Under the pieces are notes generated by a model that saw only the letters and a list, made by a program, of their open reading frames with translations, searched no databases and was not told where the DNA came from. Shown here one piece after another: positions 29,558 through 36,961 of a DNA stretch of 64,000 nucleotides (position 1 is the stretch's first letter; the number at the start of each line of letters is the position of its first letter). Source of the stretch: an uncultured Bacteroidales bacterium (GTDB lineage: Bacteria > Bacteroidota > Bacteroidia > Bacteroidales > WCHB1-69); assembly GCA_905233625.1 (NCBI GenBank), contig CAJOFJ010000006.1:46176-110175 (forward strand), read 5' to 3'. The position numbers were made by a program, and so were the translations under genes.

Positions 29558-30124
29558 ATGGAAGAGCAAAAATTTACAAAAGAAACACTGAAAAATCAAA
29601 TTCAGAAAGAAGCATGGGATGAGATATCCCGCAGGTACCCACTAACAAGTGACTTGTTGTTTCATTTCCAAAATAAACTGAATTGGACGGAGGTCTCCAA
29701 GAACACAAGTATTCATTGGGATGTCTATACTTTGGAGCGTTTCAAGGATCTTCTTGACTGGAAAGTTTTCTCCCAAAACTGGTCTTACAGTTACCTGATA
29801 ACCGCTGAATTAATCGAAAAATTCAAAGACTACTGGGACTGGCATGAACTTTCACGCAACCCGGCCCTACCGCTTACCTACGAGCTTATTGACAAATACA
29901 TCGACCGCTGGGATTGGTCAGCTTTAATCAATCAAAATCAGAATACGCCTGGATTCCGTGTCGATTATCTAAAAGAAAAGAGAGTATTCCTGAATGAAGA
30001 ATTTCTTGAGCGATACAAGCAGTATATACCTGTTGACAAACTGGAAAACTCCGGATTATGGGTATGTCTTGTGGAACAAGAGAAAGAAGCCATTATGAAA
30101 GAAATGATTTCCGTGAAAAGATAA
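29558..30124 (+). CDS. Hypothetical tandem-repeat protein (W-x-W / LSxN ~30-aa repeats)
   Basis: KLNWTEVSKN.., LLDWKVFSQN.., DYWDWHELSRNP.., DRWDWSALINQN.. repeat pattern. Confidence 0.5.
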   Translation: MEEQKFTKETLKNQIQKEAWDEISRRYPLTSDLLFHFQNKLNWTEVSKNTSIHWDVYTLERFKDLLDWKVFSQNWSYSYLITAELIEKFKDYWDWHELSRNPALPLTYELIDKYIDRWDWSALINQNQNTPGFRVDYLKEKRVFLNEEFLERYKQYIPVDKLENSGLWVCLVEQEKEAIMKEMISVKR

Positions 30125-30129
30125 ACTTT

Positions 30130-30921
30130 ATGGAACAGCGAAAACAAGGCAAGACAGAGACAAATTACAATCATTTAAAGAACAGATGTAAAAGATGCCC
30201 TCGACTTCTTTCTGAGAAATATCGTATGATGAAAGAACAGGTTGAGAAAGAGATAGATACAGACTGTCTCCGACAACAATTGACGGGTATAGAAGGCGAA
30301 ATTATATTTTTGGCCAAACCATTTCATGGAAACATAAATAGGGGAAATGCTCAAAAGAGAGAAATATCAAGCCTGCTAACAAAAAGACAAATAATCCTCA
30401 ACCGGATGTTCGAGCTCCATTGTAACGAAACGGAAGTTCGTCGCTTTGAAGTGGTGAATACTGCTCTAAAAAACATTATGAATGGGTTTTACGAAGAGCA
30501 TAATCAGCTAAGGGAACAATTGGATATGCTTCCTTGTATGGCGGAGCCCAATGTCGGCAAACTTGCCTTGTTTTCAGTACTATACTACCTTTATGACCAC
30601 GAAAATCCACAAATTTTCGAGATGGAAGAAGACGTTTTTTACGGTTCCCATTGGGATAAAATGATATGGACGATTTCATGTATGTGTGATACAGGAATAC
30701 ATTCATGGCAAGATTACGATAAGAACGATTTTTACAATGGCTTGAGTTGGGCCGATGGCCCACTTGATATTCCCCCTTTGAAACACATTTGCGTCTGCTA
30801 TCTCGCCCATATCCTTTGCTTGCATTTCCCATACAGCGTTCCTGACCTCTTGCGCATGACAACCTATAGCTGCGAACGATTTATGGTGGACTGGTCAGAG
30901 GCAAAGATAGAGGGTAATTGA
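30130..30921 (+). CDS. Hypothetical protein
   Basis: I chose the ATG at 30130, 5 nt after the previous stop. The track ORF 30058 start would overlap the upstream gene. Confidence 0.45.
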   Translation: MEQRKQGKTETNYNHLKNRCKRCPRLLSEKYRMMKEQVEKEIDTDCLRQQLTGIEGEIIFLAKPFHGNINRGNAQKREISSLLTKRQIILNRMFELHCNETEVRRFEVVNTALKNIMNGFYEEHNQLREQLDMLPCMAEPNVGKLALFSVLYYLYDHENPQIFEMEEDVFYGSHWDKMIWTISCMCDTGIHSWQDYDKNDFYNGLSWADGPLDIPPLKHICVCYLAHILCLHFPYSVPDLLRMTTYSCERFMVDWSEAKIEGN

Positions 30922-30981
30922 TTTTATTACAATGCCACAAATTGACATACCCTTATTGAATTTTTGCGACAATATCATTAA

Positions 30982-31010
30982 TAATCACCAACAGTTGCGC
31001 CCGACACGAA
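30982..31010 (+). repeat. 29-nt leader repeat, copy 1
   Basis: taatcaccaacagttgcgcccgacacgaa, identical to 32178-32206. 14 nt upstream of the ATG at 31025. Contains CAAC-A-GTTG. Confidence 0.85.
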
Positions 31011-31024
31011 CAAGGGAAACGATT

Positions 31025-32095
31025 ATGAATAACAAGTGCAATATCTTCCAGTATTCCCCCAAGGAATTAACCACAGATGCTTTCTTTGCATGGCTGTTCT
31101 ATTTTTTGGACAGCAACAATGCTTATAACAACGCTAAACAGCAGCTTTTTAGAATATTATTTTTAAAAGAAGAAGACAAAACCAAAAACATAGAAAACAT
31201 CAAAGTATTTCTTCAGGAGGGTAAAAGGAATGGACGTACTGACCTTCAAGTTTCATTCAATTTTGAAAAAGAAACAGAAAGACAGACCATTTTGTTTGAG
31301 AACAAAACTTGGTCTGAAACATCAGTTGGACAACTCAACGGCTATAAGAGTGATTTCCCCGATTTGTATAAATATGTTTTCCTGAAATTAGGGTATATAG
31401 GTATTGATGACAAAAAAAATGCCGAGGAGTGTGGTTATGAAATCATCGATTGCTTTATGGTTAGAGATGCCCTCAAACCCATTCAGAATCTGCATCCTAT
31501 TCTCGAACAATACTTTGAATATTTGGATGAAACGTTTTGCAAACACATTGAATCTTTTCAAGAAGAACTTTTCAATAAAAAGAATTATGACATTTTAGGT
31601 GAGAACCACGGTGAAGCCCAGCATTATCTGATGGGAATTGTGTTTGAAAAATTGAACAAGAACCGCAATCTTTATAACACATTGCTTTATCAGCAAGGAA
31701 CAAGTAGCGGAAGACCGTGGACTGAAATAGTTTTCGAAGACAAAGCTGTGTATTACGACCAAGAAAAAACAATATCCGAAGGTCTTTTCTGGAGAGTGGA
31801 TTGTAGGCAAGGGGGAAAATATTACCTGCGGATCAATCAGTATGCATGGGTAGTGGATGAAGATGAACTAAAAAACCGCAAAATGGATAGGTTAAAACAC
31901 TTACGTGAGATGGCTGCAAACATACTTAAAGACTATCCCAAACTGGTCACCGGAACACCTTCAAACAAATGGGGTGCAAATGAAAGTGAAGTGGTTATCT
32001 TCTTCCTTGATGACAACGACATCGCCGAACTCATCAATCAAATAGCTGATTTTACGGCTGACTTTATGCACAAGTACAATAGTGAAATGAGATAA
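31025..32095 (+). CDS. PD-(D/E)XK nuclease family protein (putative)
   Basis: GRTDLQV...ILFENKTWSE looks like a D...ExK core; N-terminal NIFQYSPKELTTDAFFAWLF resembles that family as I remember it. The ATG at 30932 is an alternative start. Confidence 0.5.
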   Translation: MNNKCNIFQYSPKELTTDAFFAWLFYFLDSNNAYNNAKQQLFRILFLKEEDKTKNIENIKVFLQEGKRNGRTDLQVSFNFEKETERQTILFENKTWSETSVGQLNGYKSDFPDLYKYVFLKLGYIGIDDKKNAEECGYEIIDCFMVRDALKPIQNLHPILEQYFEYLDETFCKHIESFQEELFNKKNYDILGENHGEAQHYLMGIVFEKLNKNRNLYNTLLYQQGTSSGRPWTEIVFEDKAVYYDQEKTISEGLFWRVDCRQGGKYYLRINQYAWVVDEDELKNRKMDRLKHLREMAANILKDYPKLVTGTPSNKWGANESEVVIFFLDDNDIAELINQIADFTADFMHKYNSEMR

Positions 32096-32177
32096 GCTCA
32101 ATTGACGACAGCACATTACTCATTCCTAATATAACCATTAACGCCCCAGCCGAAAAGCGTTTAACAGAGTAGGCAAT

Positions 32178-32206
32178 TAATCACCAACAGTTGCGCCCGA
32201 CACGAA
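32178..32206 (+). repeat. 29-nt leader repeat, copy 2
   Basis: Identical 29-mer, 15 nt upstream of the ATG at 32222. Similarity continues to the ATG (caagggaaacgattATG versus atcaggggaaaaattATG). Confidence 0.85.
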
Positions 32207-32221
32207 ATCAGGGGAAAAATT

Positions 32222-32443
32222 ATGGCAAAAGTATTTAGAATCACTCCGAAAGCGACCCACAGAAACAATGGAACCATTCTGACCCCAGAAATGGAAATAA
32301 TTGTCACACTGGAACACTCCACATCAGATCCGTTCTACAACGGGGCCAAAGAAGTAAAGGCCATGTATATGGACAAATATGGCTTTGACTATGAACGGGC
32401 TTGTGCAACAAAAGCATGGTTTGACATTGAACGATTGGATTAA
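32222..32443 (+). CDS. Small hypothetical protein (73 aa)
   Basis: ORF directly behind leader repeat copy 2 and followed by a palindromic element. Resembles small Bacteroidales proteins, but I cannot name the family with confidence. Confidence 0.5.
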   Translation: MAKVFRITPKATHRNNGTILTPEMEIIVTLEHSTSDPFYNGAKEVKAMYMDKYGFDYERACATKAWFDIERLD

Positions 32444-32448
32444 TATTG

Positions 32449-32476
32449 GTAGAGACGCACAGTCGTGCGTCTCTAC
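32449..32476. repeat. 28-nt palindromic element (12-bp arms)
   Basis: gtagagacgcacagtcgtgcgtctctac, between the convergent small ORF and the WYL remnant. Confidence 0.85.
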
Positions 32477-33148
32477 TATGCCTTGGTGACAGCACTTCTA
32501 CTGTTTCACCAAGAGCCAATAATTCTTGAATGAAATCAAATGTTGGCCTAAGATAGAAGCTGAATACCGTATAGTCTTCAGTCTGCTTGACCTCTTTTTG
32601 AGAGTGATGTAAAGGCAATGAACGTAAATATTTGGCCTGAAAATCATCCACCTTTAGCTGTATTTGTTGCGGTTTCTCCTCCCCTACTATAATGCCGAAA
32701 CAACTGCTGAAGAAGGCCTCTGCATTAAAATCTTCCGGCATGGTGAAACTCTCGAACTCAATGTCTATGTCCTGCATACGGTCCAAAGCATAAATCTTCA
32801 GTGGTGAGTCTCCATACTTGGCCAGCAGATACCACCTGCGTTTGAAATACTTCAATGCGTATGGTTCTACATGAAACAGGTTGGAGACATAGTCGCTTTC
32901 CATCCAAAACGGCTTATAACCGAAAGTCAACATCTTGCTATCACGCATCGCCTCCAAGATGGTTGAAACAAACTCTTGTCCTGAACGGTTTTCCTCCAAA
33001 ATGATCCTGTCCTTCAATGCAACACTCTCATTGAGTTGGTTGCTCAGTGACAGTGCATCAAAATAGCCGAATAGGTAATCCCTTCATTTCCAGCTTGATT
33101 GATAGTATCAACCAACCAAATGTACCGTCTGATTAAATCTTTTGTCAT
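32477..33148 (-). pseudogene. WYL-domain transcriptional regulator, decayed (internal deletion/frameshift and replaced 3' end)
   Basis: N-terminal HTH piece MTKDLIRRYIWLVDTINQAGNEGITYSAI stops at 33044. The body (LSNQLNESVALKDRIILE...FKRRWYLLAKY...) is in another frame and lacks roughly 80 aa expected between the two parts. The C-terminus reads into the palindromic element (SRDARLCVST). Confidence 0.6.
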
Positions 33149-33367
33149 AGCCGTTTTATTTTCATGATGCAAATATATGAAATAACTATGAAAAAGTATG
33201 GCATAATCTAATTTTATGCTTTTGATATGAACATCGGAAATATGCCTTGCTTTCTGCAAGCTACCCCTATACAATTTGCCACCAGAAAAACCGTGTACTT
33301 ACATCAATTAGCACATTAATACATTGATAATTTGCACATTAACTAATTAACTAATTTGCTAATTAAA

Positions 33368-34858
33368 TCACCGGTATTCCAACTTATTGATAAAGAACAC
33401 ATAACGTTTCCCTTTGTTGCCCTTGCCATTGGCAACAATGCTCTGGTAACCCGTAATAACAAACTTGTTGTCGTACCAGTTGTACATATTTACATCCCGC
33501 GAGTATTCCACCACATCTTTTTTGTACATGCACTCTATGGGCACCGTTTCTGTTGGTTCTATCAATTCATAACCATTTATCAGACAGGATGTTAAGGTAT
33601 AATTATAGGGATAGAAAATAGCCGTTCCCATGGGTGTGTAATACAATGACACTCTTCGTGCCAAACGACGACTAAGAATATTGTTGAACGGGAAATAATT
33701 ATCCCACAGCAACTCACCCTTTTTGTTAAAACAAGTGACGTAGGCATTCACATAGCGATAGCCGACAAAAGTGGTAGTCGGAGGATTGTATGTACCCCCG
33801 TAATAATAAGAAGAATTATCGTAATAGCTTGACGTATAGTTATATTCAGGATAATACACCTCGGTAATCAGCGTATAACAGCTGTCATTGCTCACAATAT
33901 CACCCACAAGTAATTGCAGATCAATTTGTTGTTCCTTGACTTTTCCATTTTTGAGAGTATCCTTTCTACGTAAATTGGTATAATTATAGAATTCAGGATA
34001 CCCCATGGTGGAATTATCGTAGGTCAAAGTATAAACTCCTGTATGATAAAATCCTGATTTTTTGCTTGTTGAAAGATTATAAGTACCCATGATGATAGTG
34101 TGGGTGCTGTCAATAATCTTCAGTCTGGCAGTATTGTAATAGTAATCCTCATAAAATGGCAGTGGCACCTGCTTGAGCAATTGACCGCCGTAATTGGTTT
34201 CAAAAACACTCAACATGGCCACCTTGTTGCTATATAATACCCCCAATCCCAGGAGTATCTTCTGGTTAAGACTGTCAATCTCCACAAACTGTTCCGAGAT
34301 GATGGCCGCATCGGGGACAATAAACGACTGAAGATTCTCTGTATGAGTATCATAAAAGTAAATCCAATAAGTGTCACTGTAAATAAAGGAGAAAACGGCA
34401 TAACCGTCAACCGCCTTGAGTCTGGCGCCTTCAAACTTCGGAAGATTCTGAATGACATGCAGTTGCTCCGTTTTTGCCGCGACATCCACCACAGAGATAA
34501 AGGTTCGCGGAATTTCCTTTTTACCCACCACTTCCTGATACAGCAGGTACAATTTCCCTTGGATGAAAAAGGACTGGCGGAAGGCTGCCTGGGGAGGCAG
34601 ATGGATATTGAAGGAGTACTGCTTCTGCAAGTTGGTGTCGTACTGCATCAGCACCCACTCGGTGGTGTCTTTATTCAGCTGCAAGCCCTCATAGAAAACC
34701 AACACCCCGTCCTTGCCCATCAATGAGAAATGGTAGTCCTCGGCATCCTGGGCGGTAGGCAGCTCAATGCGCAATGGCGGATCGCTCTGCGCCCACAAAC
34801 TGGAGCAGAGGACCTGCGTTACCACCAAAATCACCAATGTCAATAATCTTTCTTTCAT
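33368..34858 (-). CDS. Hypothetical secreted protein, Tyr/Asn-rich
   Basis: 496 aa with an N-terminal signal peptide (LLTLVILVVTQVLCSSLWA). Confidence 0.55.
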   Translation of the reverse strand: MKERLLTLVILVVTQVLCSSLWAQSDPPLRIELPTAQDAEDYHFSLMGKDGVLVFYEGLQLNKDTTEWVLMQYDTNLQKQYSFNIHLPPQAAFRQSFFIQGKLYLLYQEVVGKKEIPRTFISVVDVAAKTEQLHVIQNLPKFEGARLKAVDGYAVFSFIYSDTYWIYFYDTHTENLQSFIVPDAAIISEQFVEIDSLNQKILLGLGVLYSNKVAMLSVFETNYGGQLLKQVPLPFYEDYYYNTARLKIIDSTHTIIMGTYNLSTSKKSGFYHTGVYTLTYDNSTMGYPEFYNYTNLRRKDTLKNGKVKEQQIDLQLLVGDIVSNDSCYTLITEVYYPEYNYTSSYYDNSSYYYGGTYNPPTTTFVGYRYVNAYVTCFNKKGELLWDNYFPFNNILSRRLARRVSLYYTPMGTAIFYPYNYTLTSCLINGYELIEPTETVPIECMYKKDVVEYSRDVNMYNWYDNKFVITGYQSIVANGKGNKGKRYVFFINKLEYR

Positions 34859-35039
34859 TATCTTATCCGTTAACTACTGCGGCTGCCATGATATGACAGC
34901 CCCACATGCTTCGGACGCAAGCGCTGCGTCACTACCCCGCCCTCCGGGCACCCCTTCTAATAGAAGGGGAATTAAACTATCAATTGTCAATTATCAATTG
35001 TCAACTTTCAGTTTTCAGTTTTCAACTTTCAGTTCCCAA
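34859..35039. repeat. Heptamer-array module with GGGCACCCCTTCTAATAGAAGGGG hairpin
   Basis: Hairpin ccccttctaatagaagggg (34951-34969), then caattgtcaattatcaattgtcaa and ctttcagttttcagttttcaactttcagtt arrays. Confidence 0.8.
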
Positions 35040-35780
35040 CTACATTCCCCCATCACACGACAACACCTGTCCCGTAACGTACGACGACAATTCAGAAGCA
35101 AGGAAGAGGGCGCAACGGGACACATCCTCCGGCTTTCCGAGACGACGCAAAGCAATGGCTTTCATCGTGTTATCTTTCATTTCGTCGGACAAGCCTGCTG
35201 TCATGTCTGTTTCGATAAAGCCCGGAGCAATGGCATTCACCCTGATACCGCGGCTGCCCAATTCCTTGGCCATTGACTTGGTAAGGCCGATAATTCCGGC
35301 TTTGGAGGCGGCATAGTTGGCCTGCCCCGCATTACCATAAATGCCCACCACAGAACTCATGTTGATGATGGACCCCGCACGCTGTTTCAGCATGACAGGT
35401 GCACAGGCATGAATAGTGTTATATACTGATTTCAAGTTGGTTGCGATGACTTCGTCCCATTGTGTCTCGCCCATGCGCATCATCAGCGTATCAGAGGTTT
35501 TACCGGCATTGTTGACCAAAATGTCGATGCGGCCGAAATCGGCCAAAACATTCTTTATCAACGTTTCCGTGGCGGCGAAGTCGGAAGCGTCACAGCAATA
35601 GGCTTGGGCTTTTACGCCCAATGCCACTAATTCGGCCACCACAGCTTCAGCTTTTTCCTGATTATGTATATAGGTAAACGCCACATGGGCACCTTCTTCC
35701 GCAAACTGACGAGCGATAGCCTTGCCGATGCCCCGGGATGCTCCCGTAACCAAGGCGATTTTTCCGTCCAATAATTTCAT
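35040..35780 (-). CDS. fabG: 3-oxoacyl-[ACP] reductase
   Basis: Start taken at MKLLDGKIALVTGASRGIGKAIA (TGxxxGxG); SDR catalytic YAASKAG. TATCTTTG -7 box near 35797. Confidence 0.8.
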   Translation of the reverse strand: MKLLDGKIALVTGASRGIGKAIARQFAEEGAHVAFTYIHNQEKAEAVVAELVALGVKAQAYCCDASDFAATETLIKNVLADFGRIDILVNNAGKTSDTLMMRMGETQWDEVIATNLKSVYNTIHACAPVMLKQRAGSIINMSSVVGIYGNAGQANYAASKAGIIGLTKSMAKELGSRGIRVNAIAPGFIETDMTAGLSDEMKDNTMKAIALRRLGKPEDVSRCALFLASELSSYVTGQVLSCDGGM

Positions 35781-35845
35781 AGCATCAAAATTTGATGCAA
35801 AGATACACAAAAAAAACGTAATTTTGCCGCACAAAAACAAGTGAA

Positions 35846-36808
35846 ATGAAAACTAATCTCAAAACAACACTCATCGATTTCGTCCACTATGTGGGAACAT
35901 TTAAATTTTGGAAAGAGCTCATTATCATGACCTTGGGCATGATGGTGACCGCAGCAGCCGTCTATTATTTCCTGGTGCCGAGCAAACTGATTATCGGCAC
36001 TATTTCGGGTTTAAGCATTGTATTGTGCAATATTTTCGGTGGCAGTTTGGGCACATGGATTATGGGCATCAATATCATTCTGCTGATCTTGGCCTTCATT
36101 CTCATCGGTAATGAATTTGGTGCCAAAACTGTGTACACTGCTCTGATTCTCGGACCCTTAACAGACTTCTGGGACTGGATATACCCGTGGCAAGGCATAG
36201 CCAGCGCCAATCCTGTTACCGGAACCCCTTCTGTGATGGGCGACCCTTGGTTTGACCTCTGCTGTTTCGTACTACTACTCTCCGCATCGCAGGCCCTGAT
36301 GTTCAGCATCAACGCCTCTACTGGCGGACTGGACATTCTGGCCAAAATCGTGAACAAATACTTGCATTTCGACATCGGCACCTCGGTGAGCATCGCCGGA
36401 GCCATCATATGCTGCACCGCCTTTTTCATCAATCCTTTCCGAATGGTAATCATCGGACTTATAGGTACCTGGATCAACGGACTGGTGGTAGACTATTTTA
36501 CAGCAGCCTTAGGCAAACGCAAACGTGTCTGTATCGTATCGAAAGAGCATGAACGCATTCGTGAATTCATTGTGAACCACCTCCACCGTGGATGTACGCT
36601 TTATGAGGTTATCGGCGGCTACAGCGGTGAAAAAAGCATCGAACTCGAAGTACTGCTCGGCAATGAAGAATTCAGCGAGCTGCTTGTCTGGATGAAAGAA
36701 GAGAATATCAACGCATTCTCTACTGCCAGCAATGTGAGTGAGGTGTACGGACTCTGGTTCAGCACCAAGAAGCGTAAACAACTGGAGGAGGAATACCATC
36801 GCCGCTAA
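35846..36808 (+). CDS. YitT-family membrane protein (DUF2179 C-terminal domain)
   Basis: 320 aa, multi-TM, C-terminal RGCTLYEVIGGYSGEK. Confidence 0.7.
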   Translation: MKTNLKTTLIDFVHYVGTFKFWKELIIMTLGMMVTAAAVYYFLVPSKLIIGTISGLSIVLCNIFGGSLGTWIMGINIILLILAFILIGNEFGAKTVYTALILGPLTDFWDWIYPWQGIASANPVTGTPSVMGDPWFDLCCFVLLLSASQALMFSINASTGGLDILAKIVNKYLHFDIGTSVSIAGAIICCTAFFINPFRMVIIGLIGTWINGLVVDYFTAALGKRKRVCIVSKEHERIREFIVNHLHRGCTLYEVIGGYSGEKSIELEVLLGNEEFSELLVWMKEENINAFSTASNVSEVYGLWFSTKKRKQLEEEYHRR

Positions 36809-36838
36809 TCAAGCATTAGACACAGACAACTCATACTT

Positions 36839-36884
36839 TTAGGGCGTCTCAGACTGAACTCTGGGACGCCCTAAATTTTAAAAT
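36839..36884 (+). terminator. Intrinsic terminator-like hairpin after yitT
   Basis: ttagggcgtctcag...ctgggacgccctaa long stem followed by an A/T-rich tail. Confidence 0.6.
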
Positions 36885-36929
36885 ATTGCGATAACTGCAA
36901 AAATTCACACAAAACAATCAGTTTTTTGC

Positions 36930-36937
36930 TATTTTTG
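36930..36937 (+). promoter_or_regulatory. -7 box for the helicase gene
   Basis: TATTTTTG. It overlaps the track's TTG start at 36926, which argues for the ATG at 36962. Confidence 0.55.
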
Positions 36938-36961
36938 CACGAAAAAATAACAAGACCCCTG

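Noticed and set aside
32304-32476. 3' part of track ORF 32304..33017 overlapping the 73-aa gene
   Set aside because: This stretch is read-through of the decayed WYL gene across the 28-nt palindrome and antisense to ORF 32222..32443. It has no family similarity beyond ...VEVLSP.
36926-36961. TTG start (MLFLHEKITRPL) proposed by the ORF track for the helicase
   Set aside because: These codons overlap the TATTTTTG -7 box at 36930-36937, so they would lie upstream of the transcription start. The ATG at 36962 is preferred.
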